Positions 20,160 through 31,619 of a stretch of DNA of 64,000 bases are shown piece by piece. The DNA comes from Trypanosoma brucei (Eukaryota). Both the position numbers and the translations under genes were made by a program. The stretch spans positions 800,001 through 864,000 of the forward strand of contig AE017150.2 in assembly GCA_000002445.1 (NCBI GenBank), given 5' to 3'. Position 1 is the first letter of the stretch. Each line of letters starts with the position of its first letter. The notes beneath the pieces were generated by a model. The model was not told the origin of the DNA, made no database searches, and worked only from the letters and a program-made list of their open reading frames with translations.

Positions 20160-21377
20160 TTAAGAAGTGGTACCAACAATGCGTGACCACTCATGTTCCA
20201 CATCACCATATTGAATATCTGTAATCGCCTTTAGAACCCGATGTGTGAGCGAAGCCCCTGGAGCCGGGCATGGAACATTAAGCAACTCTCCCTTATATGA
20301 CAGTGCTTCCACAGGGGACACAATAGCAGCCGTCCCACAGCCAAAGCACTCAAGCACACGTTTCTCCCGTAGCGCAGCAGTGAGCTCGTGAATGGTAAAG
20401 GAGCGTTCAGATACACGTGCCTCACCCCACTGCCGCACCAGCGACAAAATGGAATCTCGCGTCACACCGGGGAGGATCGTGCCATCCAACGGCGCAGTTA
20501 CAAGTTCCACTTCATTTGAATTTGCAGAAGGACGCCAAAGACACATGAAATTCATTGCTCCCACTTCTTGCACTTCTTCTCCAGCGCCCAGCCATAACAC
20601 TTGCTGAAAGCCAAGCTCAGACGCTTCCTGCTGCACCAGCATAGGCGCAGCGTAGTTCGCGCCAAGCTTCACGTTGCCGACCCCACCAGGCCAGGCACGG
20701 CGCCGCTCCTCCTCCACATGAAGTCTCACAGGTTTCATCCCAGAGGGATAATATGGTCCAACAGGTGAAGCAATCACGAATAACTTCGCTGCAGAACCTG
20801 CCACTGCGGAGAGTTTGCTTCCAGTCCCAATTACAGTGGGTCTCAAGTATAGAGAGTAACCACGCTCACTTGGGACGTAATCACGTTCCACTTTCACAAA
20901 CTCCTCAATTAACTTTTGCAGTTCGTCAGGGTCAAATCCAGGGAGACATAAGCGTCGTGTGCTGTCCAGTAGCCGTCGACAGTTACGATCCGGGCGGAAG
21001 AGTCGGATATTGCCGTGACTGTCGCGATACGCCTTCATGCCCTCGAAGCATTGAATGGCATAATGTAAGCAAGCAGTCTGCGGCGGCAATGAAAGGTTCT
21101 CAAAGGGAACAATACGTGGTTTGCCCCATTTCCCATTCCCATCTGCATCAATTACCAACATATGTGGGCTGAAAAGAGTACCAAACATAACTCCCTGCAG
21201 TGAAGGAAGTGGCGGTGGATTTGCCACGCGTTGAACAAAAATTTTTTTGGCGAGGAAAGTCATAATAAACTGTTGTATTTGCCTGTGGTTCCCAAATATC
21301 GAAGTTTCTTTTATCAATAAGTTGTTTATCACTGTCGTCTGTGTTAGGAATGATAATGATAATAGTAAAGTGAGCAA
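20160..21377 (-). CDS. BCAT: Branched-chain amino acid aminotransferase, tandem copy 2
   Basis: This 405-aa ORF is near-identical to copy 1 (period 1839 bp) and differs at only a few residues (KKIFV vs KDLTV; GSKLSAV vs GSTLSAV; VQQE vs VQRE). Confidence 0.85.
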   Translation of the reverse strand: MLTLLLSLSFLTQTTVINNLLIKETSIFGNHRQIQQFIMTFLAKKIFVQRVANPPPLPSLQGVMFGTLFSPHMLVIDADGNGKWGKPRIVPFENLSLPPQTACLHYAIQCFEGMKAYRDSHGNIRLFRPDRNCRRLLDSTRRLCLPGFDPDELQKLIEEFVKVERDYVPSERGYSLYLRPTVIGTGSKLSAVAGSAAKLFVIASPVGPYYPSGMKPVRLHVEEERRRAWPGGVGNVKLGANYAAPMLVQQEASELGFQQVLWLGAGEEVQEVGAMNFMCLWRPSANSNEVELVTAPLDGTILPGVTRDSILSLVRQWGEARVSERSFTIHELTAALREKRVLECFGCGTAAIVSPVEALSYKGELLNVPCPAPGASLTHRVLKAITDIQYGDVEHEWSRIVGTTS

Positions 21378-22035
21378 AATAATGAAAGGTTATCATACAA
21401 CGGTGCACACAAAACAACATGGGTGACGAACCACTGCATAAAAACAAAACGACTTAACAAGGTAGTACTAACAAAATAAAAGAAGGACGCCACTAGCAAA
21501 AACGTGCGCACAGATACTATACACTGCAGTGCAACGAACAACAAGTAATTCTTTTCATAGAGAATGGTGGTGAACTCAAACGTGGGACGAAATAGGATAG
21601 TGGTATATAATGTTAGACCAAATCAGCAAGAAGAAAAACACTCTTCTCTCTCCAGTACCATTTACAACGGCACCTTTATCGTATATATATATATGCTTGT
21701 TTTTTTGTTTTTAATGATTCAACTCCTGCTATATTTTTTACTTATCCTTTAGTTTCGGTCTCCATTTACCGCATTCCACTGCAATAATATGTAATTCCCA
21801 CCCTTGGGCATCTAGAAAAAAATGTTTGCCATTTACTTTTTTATTCGCCCCCTTAAGCTCTTCATCAGGCGAAACACTCGATCAAATGGGGCACGATTTC
21901 CTCTGCTATCCCTCTCGTGAAGCCGCTGCTTTTCCGAACAGTGGTGGTATGCTTAATAAATTGTATGTAACGGGTGTGATGATATTGCAACGGTCACAGT
22001 GACACATGCATGTAACAAATCTTTTAACATATTAA

Positions 22036-22674
22036 TTATGATTTCGAGAAAAAGTATTTCCTCAGTGACGAGACGATTGTCGCCCTCTTACCCGACTGGT
22101 CTGCAGGCAGCTTCGTGCCTTGAGGGGGTCGTAGCATTTGCAGTCCATCAGAAATGCCACATGGTCCTACCTCCACTGAGAGAATTAGCCCTGTGGGCAC
22201 AAGCCATAACATGATCATGAAGACAAACATATTCCCGTAACCAACCACCTCAGACGGCGCGTCTAAAGATACCAGGAGGTGCAGCCACAATACGGACTCT
22301 AAGAGAACAAAGAACCCCATGAACCATGTGAAGGGTTGTAGCAGCGGAAGGAGCGGGAAATGGCGCAAAGCGCGAAGGTACAGCCCATTTGTGATGCAAC
22401 TAACGAGTGAACATAAAAAGTTCATCCGGTCCACTACCATAATGAAGACATGAGCACCCATCACGGCAACCACCAGCACACGGAGGACCTTACCTGCTCG
22501 TGTTGGGAACTCTTCTGCCAAGTCAGAAATCAAATTCATGGCACAGAAGAAACTGAACAAAGCAAAGCAAAACAGTATTCCAGTCATCACCAGCGTTACG
22601 AGATGAAAGGCACCGAAGCCTATTGGTTGCGATAACGAAGAGTAGTCGCGTTCATAAACATCGGGATAAGGCAT
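22036..22674 (-). CDS. Multi-pass transmembrane protein (212 aa, ~5 predicted hydrophobic helices), family unknown
   Basis: Hydrophobic segments (LVTLVMTGILFCFALFSFF; VLVVAVMGAHVFIMVV; FTWFMGFFVLLESVLWLHLLV; MFVFMIMLWLVPTGLIL) lie in a complete ORF on the polycistron strand. Confidence 0.5.
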   Translation of the reverse strand: MPYPDVYERDYSSLSQPIGFGAFHLVTLVMTGILFCFALFSFFCAMNLISDLAEEFPTRAGKVLRVLVVAVMGAHVFIMVVDRMNFLCSLVSCITNGLYLRALRHFPLLPLLQPFTWFMGFFVLLESVLWLHLLVSLDAPSEVVGYGNMFVFMIMLWLVPTGLILSVEVGPCGISDGLQMLRPPQGTKLPADQSGKRATIVSSLRKYFFSKS

Positions 22675-22927
22675 TCACTTCCCTTGGTCACACACAAGGC
22701 GCACAAGCACAGATATGATAGAAGGCACAGTTTCACTCTCCTTCTCCTTCACACTCGGCAAGAAACTGCCGGTATTTTAATAACACAAGTTTGACAGGCT
22801 CTCACAAACTTTAACACCGTTTTTGCCCTCCTTTGTCTTGCGGCGTTACCTTTCTAATCACTTTGGTTGAAAGAAGAAGAGGGGAGGTGGAGGGAAATGA
22901 ATGCAGCGGAAAAGAAAAGGATGGACG

Positions 22928-22962
22928 AGAGAGAGAGACACACACACACACACACACACAAA
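22928..22962. repeat. (GA)n(CA)n compound microsatellite
   Basis: gagagagagacacacacacacacacacacaca read directly. Confidence 0.85.
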
Positions 22963-23489
22963 CAATCAAACAAACAAGCATATTATGTATGTAAAAGGAT
23001 AAAGAAAAGAGACACCACGAGACAAAAAAGGGAGTGAATACACAACATGGAGCCAGCCAGTAGTGCAGTGAGAGCATCTGGTAGACTGCTTAAAACTTTT
23101 TTAAAAAAAATCTATGCACCACTTCCCACCGTATCACCTGCAACCTTTGCTTCAAAACTTTCGACCGCAACACACAAACACATTTTTGTGGTAACCGTCA
23201 GCCCTCAGCGACCCTGTAAATTAGCATTTTTTTTTTTTCACTTCTTGGTCGCACATGTTGCATGCAGCGTGTGAGCACATGCATTTTTGAAGAAACTTCC
23301 CCATGGGCACCGAGAAGCACATACATACATATATGTATACGTGCTTACCTAAAGATTATCACCTCCCTTATCACCGCGGAACACATTTCCAAAAATCATC
23401 AGCACGAGACTCCCATGAAGTGTCTTTCCATCACATCTCACAATAGAACTACCATTATTTGCATCACTGCATTACGCCTCCATGTACAC

Positions 23490-24251
23490 TCAACCACCCC
23501 ATAAGGAAGATTCCTCCTCCACAATATCCACCTCATCACCTGCTACGCAGAGCTTAAATACACCACTAAACGGGACAGGTTGGCGCGCCGCCATGCATTG
23601 CACCGTTCCGGGTTCAATTGCAAGAACTACTTTACTCCCAACAGCAATTGAATCCTCCCTGAAGCAACGCGCCGTCAATTGTGCGTGACGAGTTGCCCGC
23701 GGGGGGTTTCCTCCGGGAGTGGAAACCCACGGCGGGCGCTCACAAGAAACCTGCACGACCCTCGTGTCCATATATTTTACCTCCTCCACTACGCCGACGA
23801 GCATTCCGTAGTGAACATTTGCAAGTGTTCCCACCACCGTAGAGCGCAGGCGCACACCCCCTTTATAACTAAACTCCTGCACGGACTCGGGGTGAATTGT
23901 TAGCGATTCCACATGAACAATAAGGCGGGGAGTTTTATCACCGGCATGTCCACTGGACGATCGAGCGGCTGCTGTACTTGCTGATGGCGAATCCGTCTCC
24001 CCAGCCTGAACGGGTTGAGGACGGTACAAAACACTCCGTAGAACAATGTCATAAATGGAGACACGATTCTGCAGTTGCTGCAAGGGAACGGCGACGTAAA
24101 AGTCAAATGACACGGTCTCGGGTGCGTACACATATCCGCGGCAGAGATGTAAGAACGGCTTCTGTGGTTGGTAGTACACGGGTTCTTCCTTTTTTTTCCG
24201 CACCGTCCTCTTCACACCCGTCCCTCTTGCCATCTTTGCCCGAATCGCCAT
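23490..24251 (-). CDS. Hypothetical protein (253 aa) with a Lys/Arg-rich N-terminus
   Basis: Complete co-oriented ORF. No confident motif recognised. Confidence 0.5.
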   Translation of the reverse strand: MAIRAKMARGTGVKRTVRKKKEEPVYYQPQKPFLHLCRGYVYAPETVSFDFYVAVPLQQLQNRVSIYDIVLRSVLYRPQPVQAGETDSPSASTAAARSSSGHAGDKTPRLIVHVESLTIHPESVQEFSYKGGVRLRSTVVGTLANVHYGMLVGVVEEVKYMDTRVVQVSCERPPWVSTPGGNPPRATRHAQLTARCFREDSIAVGSKVVLAIEPGTVQCMAARQPVPFSGVFKLCVAGDEVDIVEEESSLWGG

Positions 24252-25687
24252 TTTCTGTGCGCAAACTACTAAATTATGTGGGTACCTCTCCTATTTGTAC
24301 CTACCATACGGTTTTAGAATCATTTTTTTTTTTTAAAAGAAAAGGAAAGAAATACAAAGAAGACAAAATGGACAAAAAAAGAAGAAAAGTGTTAACACGA
24401 AAATTATACGACGTCTCCCCTCCCCCTCCCATATATAAATATATTTTTTTGTCGGTTTACTTTTCTTGCCTCTTTGTTCATTGTATTTATTTCTCTAAAT
24501 AAACAAACGTATAACTAACTTGCAGTTCCCTTTCGCTTTGCGCTTCTTCTCTTTTTTTTCCTTGTCACCTCCTTATTACCAGCAATGCGAAAACGAAGGG
24601 AGGAATACAAAAAGAAAAAGAAAGGAGGATGTTCTTTTGTTTTGCTTAAATGATAAATAAATGCATTGCCTCAAAGATGTTCAACATTATTAATTACACT
24701 TGGTATGAATAAAAAGATAATGAGGCACCGAAGGAAGATGGAACCCCCACTGAGGAAGTTCCACAACAAAAATGAAGGGAAAATGCCGACAGGTCTTAAC
24801 TTGCCAGATTTTCGTTAACGATATCCGCTTCATATCTAAACATTCATTTATTTACTCCTCTCCCCCCTCATAGATTTTATTTACGTTTAAGTGGCGACAC
24901 TGAAAGGCGTTGACTGCCGCTTACAACATCTTCAAACAACCTTCCACACAAATCATCAATAATGTGCAAACCATAGCAAAAGGAAAAATAACGAAATGGA
25001 AAACAGGGGAAGCAGTACAAAAGCAAAAAAAAAATCAAAAAGACAAAACAAAACAAAACAATTTAAGAAAACAAATATTAAGAAGAAAAAGAAAAAGGGC
25101 CAGAGGAACACAGAATCCAGTGAAAGCATACCGGTACTCTCATGTGTAGCAATAAAACAAAAATCGTAAAAAAGATGAATAAAGAAAAGGGAGAGAGAAA
25201 AAAAATTTACGTGAAATCCCCCATCATTTCTGCTCTTTTTCATTCGCATCCGTTCATCGCACCAATCAGTGTGTGATTAGCCTTCATAACAAATACAATT
25301 ACCGGTATCAATAACTTCCTCCCCCTCAGACTTCATGACAGTAAAAAAAAAAAAATCGACCTCACACCATAACATTATGTTTCTTTTCTTCAGGCACCAA
25401 CACCGTCAACATTTCCAAACAAAAACAAAACCACACATCCATTTCCTTAATTCAACTATGTTAAAAACGACAGTACGACCACGAAAACACAAAGGCCAAC
25501 ACATCCCCATGTTTTTTTTTTGCGCAGCGCGTGTTCGCGACGACTCATTCGTTCCCGATGCTTTCACTCCGTGTGGGGTCGAGGTAAAATAAAATTTTGA
25601 AAATTTTTGTAATTAAAAGCAAAATTTAAAGTCAAACGTAAGAGTCAAAGGTATAAAAAAAAAGAAAGAAGAAAAAAATGAACGTAA

Positions 25688-26851
25688 CTACACGTCAGCG
25701 ATGGCTTCAGGTAACTCAACTCGGCCGTCTGGGGTCGCGAGCCATGACTTCAGCTTTCGATGGTAATAACGACGTTGGACGGGATCCCAAAACGCATCTA
25801 ACTTGAAACTGTAAAAGAAATCACTTTTTGAGTCATAAACCCAATCATCTGCACCTTCAATCTTAATACCCAAAGATGCAGCGGTGAGATATTGATCGTT
25901 TAATGCTTCCGAGGCCTCCGGTGCTTCAGCAGAGCTGGCCGGTGCTTCCGACTGTACCGTTCCATTATGTCGCTGCGTGACACGATTTTGTAGTCCGGCA
26001 TTATACGAGAGGAGGCAAATACAAGTTAACATAGCAACCAAATCAAGTATAAGTGCCGCAACATACAAGCCGTATCCCCAACCGTAAGCAACAGTGCACT
26101 GAGGTGGTGCAAGGTGATGCGCAACGCAGCCTTTTTTCTCACATTTTGTGCGAAGGTAGAAGAGACCTAGAATGCACGCAGACAATAAAATACCAATGAC
26201 TACCAAACCCATGACAACAGCGTGCAAACACGAACGAGTAGGCCGGCAAGAGATTCGAAGCATTACGGCAAGCGCCAACAAATTCAAACACAATTGCAGC
26301 CCACTCAGGGCCCACATGGAGGTGGTCAGCCGCGCTACATCAGTGGGGGACATTTCACAGACAACTCTTCCACTCAAGGCATCAATCAAGTTGAGATGGA
26401 CATTCGAATATCCATGCTCCACACACACGTTAACAATGGACAAAAAACAAGTGGTGATTATCCCCACTGCACGATGGTTTTTGGGGCGGGCAGTAACAAT
26501 CCACTCCGACGTTAAAAAGCTCAACATACGGAGAAATAAAGAGGGAATTAATATAAAGAAAAGGAGAATGATAAACCTGTCGAAACGATTTACACGGTAA
26601 TATTTTCGTTCCTTGCGAAGCGCCACCTGTTCCGCTTCCCTCCGACAGCGTCGTTGTCCGTCTGTCAGCTGAATTGGTTCTGTTCCCAAGAGATGCGGGA
26701 CAGCTACAGCCGATGGAACAACATCAGAAGATTCTTCATCATATTTTTGCCGTTCCCGCCTCTGATGCTGTTTTCTGTTTTCCCTTGCATTTTCTCGTGG
26801 TTCCATGTCAACAGCGTCATTTCTCCCAGTTACTCTCTTGTTTGACTCCAT
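25688..26851 (-). CDS. Hypothetical membrane protein (387 aa) with a basic/acidic N-terminal region followed by ~5 hydrophobic helices
   Basis: Complete ORF on the polycistron strand. Hydrophobic stretches include IILLFFILIPSLFLRMLSF, LVVIGILLSACILGLFYL and LYVAALILDLVAMLTCICLL. Confidence 0.5.
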   Translation of the reverse strand: MESNKRVTGRNDAVDMEPRENARENRKQHQRRERQKYDEESSDVVPSAVAVPHLLGTEPIQLTDGQRRCRREAEQVALRKERKYYRVNRFDRFIILLFFILIPSLFLRMLSFLTSEWIVTARPKNHRAVGIITTCFLSIVNVCVEHGYSNVHLNLIDALSGRVVCEMSPTDVARLTTSMWALSGLQLCLNLLALAVMLRISCRPTRSCLHAVVMGLVVIGILLSACILGLFYLRTKCEKKGCVAHHLAPPQCTVAYGWGYGLYVAALILDLVAMLTCICLLSYNAGLQNRVTQRHNGTVQSEAPASSAEAPEASEALNDQYLTAASLGIKIEGADDWVYDSKSDFFYSFKLDAFWDPVQRRYYHRKLKSWLATPDGRVELPEAIADV

Positions 26852-26984
26852 TAATGATAGTTACTTCTTTACTGAAGAGTCGCGAAGCCGCGAAACCTTC
26901 TTCTTTTTTTTTTTGTGTGTGTATTTGTGAAGTACAATCTCCTTGGTGATGTTAGTAGCCTTTTGTAGATTGAAACTGTTGTTA

Positions 26985-26989
<5 letters not shown>

Positions 26990-27020
<31 letters not shown>
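26990..27020. repeat. (TTA)n microsatellite
   Basis: ttattattattattattattattattattact read directly. Confidence 0.9.
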
Positions 27021-27021
<1 letters not shown>

Positions 27022-27921
27022 TGCCAATATCTATTATTAAAAGTAGCGACCGCCTGAAACAGGAGGGTATCTAACAGGGAAAGAGAATGAAAGAAAGTGT
27101 CACACACACACAAAAAAAAAATAAATAAATAAACAGAATGCTGCAACAATAAGTTAAAACAACGGCAACGATGGGGGCGCAACCAATCCAATGTGTAGAA
27201 ACTTAACAAATAAAAAATTAAAATAAAATAATCCAACACATCCGTTTCGCCATGGGGGATGGGAGAAACGGACAAAATAAACAAAATAAGGAGACAAAAC
27301 AACAATAACAAATAATTTTTAAAAAGCCAATAGACACCGTGACGATATTGGCAGAAGGAGGAAACTCAGGAAAACTAAAGTACAGTTAACTGTAAGTAGC
27401 AACAACATACTGAACGAACAGAAAAATATAATGAATGAATCAACCGACACACTAAAAGTATCCAGTGCGTATATATACGTGTTTATGTGTCTGTATATTC
27501 ATTTATTCACCTGTTTTTTTTTCATTTTTTAAAAGAAAAATTGAAAAACAAAGCGTAGGCGAGAAGGGGAGGTTTAAAACATTTTGGAAATGGCAAGAAG
27601 GTTTGTATAATTCGAAAGAGAAAAATATTAAAACACGAGGAACATCCCCCCCCCTTCCCCGCCGCCTTGGCGTAGAGCACAGCCAAACACATACACACAC
27701 GTATTAACCGAATGGTCAGACGTCTGTCTTGCTGTGCCATGCACATAAAGTTATTTCCTTCTGATGATGACGATTATGATGCCAACGGCACCTCATGAAA
27801 CGCACACAAATATCCCTCCGCTCCTCCCTTCCACAACTTCTCTTCCCCCTTTTTTGCTTCTTTTTTGGCATGTTTTAATATTGTAACAAACAAAAATCTG
27901 TTTGAGTCTTCCATAACGGGC

Positions 27922-29157
27922 TCACCTCCTCTCTGTTATTTGTAGGTAATGAGTAGACAAAAGTGAAAAGGCTTCAATGACGATGGATTGAGGCACAGCG
28001 GCAGAGACTGATGCTGCGACTGGTCCATGGCCACTATGCTGAGGGGGAAACAACCCATTATCTCCGAGAGGGAACCTTTCATCACTGCACAATAAAAGCA
28101 AAAGTAAGTCCCACTCCTGCAGGAGATAGAAAAGGATGTGTTCACCCTCCGCTCGCTCTTCATCGTTTAGCGCATTTGGCGGCACGGCCCTCAACGACAT
28201 GCAGGAAATAACCTCATGCAGAAGGTAGAAAAGATGCTTAGCAAGTGCGGGGAGAACATCAACCACTGCACTTGAATCTGCAGCGCGGTGATCCCCAGTT
28301 GAGTTAGTCCGCCAGCGTGCCGCTCCGACAAGGTTATGAAGGGAACGAAGTATGGGAAGTAACAAGCTAACAAGGGACTCAACAACAGTTCCAGCGGCTG
28401 AAGCATGGGAACTTTTTTCACATACATGCGGATTCGTAGGAACCGGGCTAAACCGCTCGTGTATCCAACTGGCGGTTAACCGCAGCAAATAGTCGGGCGC
28501 GAGGTGACACAGAGGTTCCCCACTTTTCCAACTGTCAAACATGTCCCCCTCCCCCCCACTCCATCCAGAGGTTAATCCAAATGCATTTGTATCATGATTG
28601 GCCGCTACCATGTTGAGTGGCTTGTGAGAAGAGCTGTTGGCGCCAGCGTCCTGCTTTCGGTATTCACCCGCCCATTTTTGTTCACCCCCTCTCTCCTCAT
28701 TTTCCTTCTGTCTAACTGGAAACTGAGCAGTAGTGGCGCAGGGTGTAATTTCCTCATGCATGGCACCAGTTCCACCCAGTAATGGCAATTGCTGGGTGGT
28801 ATAACCAAACGCATTAATGCCTAACCCCTCCAAGAAGCTGGGCTCAAGAGGAAAAAAACGTCTGCGGAGTTTTTCTGCTTCGGCTGCGAGCGCCCGGGCG
28901 TTGGCTTCATGGAAGACAAACCACTCCCGCTGCCGGCTGACGTTGGCGTAGATGCGGAAAAGTTGCAATTGCAGCTGTGCTGTTATTTCCGAACCGCAGC
29001 CGCCTTCAGTCACAACAGATGTCAACTGCTTTTCTCGGATGCGTGGACAAACCATGGAGGCGCCTTTGTTGTTTTGTGGTTGCTTTTGTTGCTTTTGATA
29101 CGGTTCCTCACCCACATTGGTGCTATAACGGAGAGCCTGGAAGAATCCCGAGGGCAT
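27922..29157 (-). CDS. Hypothetical protein (411 aa)
   Basis: Complete co-oriented ORF with coding-like composition. No motif recognised. Confidence 0.45.
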   Translation of the reverse strand: MPSGFFQALRYSTNVGEEPYQKQQKQPQNNKGASMVCPRIREKQLTSVVTEGGCGSEITAQLQLQLFRIYANVSRQREWFVFHEANARALAAEAEKLRRRFFPLEPSFLEGLGINAFGYTTQQLPLLGGTGAMHEEITPCATTAQFPVRQKENEERGGEQKWAGEYRKQDAGANSSSHKPLNMVAANHDTNAFGLTSGWSGGEGDMFDSWKSGEPLCHLAPDYLLRLTASWIHERFSPVPTNPHVCEKSSHASAAGTVVESLVSLLLPILRSLHNLVGAARWRTNSTGDHRAADSSAVVDVLPALAKHLFYLLHEVISCMSLRAVPPNALNDEERAEGEHILFYLLQEWDLLLLLLCSDERFPLGDNGLFPPQHSGHGPVAASVSAAVPQSIVIEAFSLLSTHYLQITERR

Positions 29158-30665
29158 CAGTAATAACTAATACGCATCCATGCACGCAAACGAAGAGCGG
29201 AGAGAGGTAGAGGTAGAGAACAGAGGTAGAAAACAATCACAAGCAGAATCGAAGCAATGAGCTGGTAGAAGCATGTGTGCGCGTAATTGAAACATGAGGA
29301 ACTAAACGAACAAAACGGATCAACTCAAAACATCTTCTTTATCTTTATCCTTATTCTTTTTCTTCCCCTTCAACAAGGGTTATGAAAACAATACAGATGG
29401 ACACAGTCACATTTATAGGGAGCCGCTATCTCTCAATCTCTCAATCTCTCTCTCTCTCTTTCTCTTTCTTTCTTTCTGCCTCTTTCCCCCCTTTTTCCTC
29501 CACAATATTGTCTCAATATAAAGATGAAGTGTGAGTCTCACTTTACTTTCCTCCACCTCTTTCCTTCAGAAAACCACACGATAAAGGTGAGGGCAGGAGG
29601 AGGGGGAAAAGTAAAGTGCATCGACGAACTGTGAAATAGAGGGAAAAAAAGATGAAAAGAAAAAAAAAAGTCACAACTTACCAACTGAAGAACACGAACC
29701 ACTAGTTTACAACGTTTTCTCGTTTTCGTTTGTTTGTTTGTTTGGTTTGGTTTGGTTTGGTTTTTTTCTACATTTTAATATGCTCTTTCGGTAATGACAA
29801 AATAATAATAATAATAATAATGATAGAAAATACCTCACTTCAGGGAATCAAAACCTATCTCTCATCCTCCCACTTGCTTGCGATATAATAATAAACCTCA
29901 TTATATGTGAGGAAGACTTCAAATGTAAATAAACCGTAGAAGTTACTGGAAAGCGGAGGAGAAGAAGAAGAATCGCGAAACAGAGGAAAAAGGAGGAAAC
30001 AACACACAGAAGCACACACAAACCTTAACAAGGTATTGGGAAAAGAAAATACAATAGGAAAAGAAGAAAAAAAAAAAGAGGTATGTGCATAATCAACGAA
30101 TCAGCCGATGAGTAAAAACGTCGGCTCTTAAGTGCCTCTTGCACAAGGAAAGTAAAAAAAAAGGAGGAACGAAAAAGAACCGCCACATCACCAATGAATA
30201 CGAAGCAAATACTACCGATCATTTGTTGTTGTTGTTTTTTCCCCACCCCCTCTGTTTTTTCTTTTTTTTTTTTAATAAAAAGGAGGGAAATTCCTTTAAT
30301 GCGTTCACTACACAAGATGATGATGATGATGATGATAATGATAATAATGATAATAATAATAATAACTATGAAGTAGAGGAGTTAAACACTCGATACTGCA
30401 AGGTAGTTTAGCGGGCTGCATACGATGCTTTGTTCTGATACACTGTTCGAAAACGGCTGCGGTTCACCATGCTAAAAGATGAGATGAAGCAACGAGTGGA
30501 CATATGCTTCAGAAGAAAAAAAAAAATAAAATAAAAGAGAAATTGAATACGTCGAGGCGAAACTAAGACAAAAAAAACAAATCAAGGGAGTCACATGGGA
30601 TTTCTAACCACTGTTACTTCACCTCCTCGATGTTGTTATTTTTGTTTCTTTTTTTTTTTATTGTG

Positions 30666-30666
<1 letters not shown>

Positions 30667-30697
<31 letters not shown>
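30667..30697. repeat. (GTT)n microsatellite
   Basis: gttgttgttgttgttgttgttgttgttgtt read directly. Confidence 0.9.
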
Positions 30698-31154
30698 CCA
30701 TGGTGGAAGCAAAACATTATTAATCTACGTTGCGCCAGCCTATTATTCAGAGTGTTGCACAAAACAAAACAACAAAACAAAACAACAAAAAAAAAAGGGC
30801 GCCAAATGAATCCCAATACTCAAAAAAAAAAAAACACTTTCTTCTGAGTGTTGTACGGCCCGATTCCTCATCTTCTCTTTTATTTCGCATTCCCCCTTCA
30901 CTACTTTATAATTGTATTTTTTTTTATTTTGTTTTTTTTTTAATGATCACACCCAGTAAGTAAAATCCTTCACACTCACACCTTCATAAAAACTGTAGGA
31001 GAGGAGGGGAAAATTGAGGTTCATCCCAAAAAACAAAAAAAAGAAAGAAAGAGAAAGAGAGAGAGAGAGAGAGGGAGAGAGGGAGGGGAAAAAAAAAGAA
31101 AAAAAACCTAAAATGAAAATGAATATAAAAATAAAAATAAAAAAAATGAACAAA

Positions 31155-31619
31155 TCAAGCGGTAGCGCATTCCTCATTATTGCCTTTTAGTTGCTGCGGC
31201 AATCTGTCGTGCGGGTGTGCTGCATGCCATGAATTTCCATCCATCTGCGAGTAATCCCAGTGCTTAGCGCATTCCTTTGCCCACCAGACGCGGCGCATCA
31301 TCGACGTCTCCCGGTTGCTAGCGACATTTGGATATATAATTGGTGAGAGGGTTGCGCCAAGGCAAAACCCGAGGACGGTAAAACCAGTGAAGGTACTGAA
31401 CACCACAAAACCGGTATTGCGCCGCCGCCTCACGTATCCGATTCCCAACAAAGTTGAAAACGCAGCAGCCCCAACTGCCAGCGTCAGTTGTTGACGGCGC
31501 ACACGATATTGTTGACCCCATACACCACCTTCTTTTTCAAAACGCAAAAGGTCCTTCGGGTACATCATGGGAAGGTCAGCGACCAGTACTTTTCCATCTT
31601 TTCCTGTCATGATTCTCAA
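31155..31619 (-). CDS. Small hypothetical membrane protein (154 aa, two hydrophobic segments)
   Basis: Co-oriented ORF flanked by long AT-rich intergenic regions. Hydrophobic segments are AVGAAAFSTLLGIGYV and FVVFSTFTGFTVLGFCLG. Confidence 0.45.
   Translation of the reverse strand: MRIMTGKDGKVLVADLPMMYPKDLLRFEKEGGVWGQQYRVRRQQLTLAVGAAAFSTLLGIGYVRRRRNTGFVVFSTFTGFTVLGFCLGATLSPIIYPNVASNRETSMMRRVWWAKECAKHWDYSQMDGNSWHAAHPHDRLPQQLKGNNEECATA

Larger units (their letters stand above)
18240..21535 (-). repeat. Tandem segmental duplication of the BCAT gene unit. The two ~1.46-kb units occupy 18240-19700 and 20080-21535 and are separated by a ~380-bp unique spacer
   Basis: The ORF track shows identical nested ORFs at a +1839 offset. 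Direct sequence comparison shows identity from ~80 bp 3' of the stop to ~160 bp 5' of the ATG in both copies, with divergence outside that. Confidence 0.9.
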
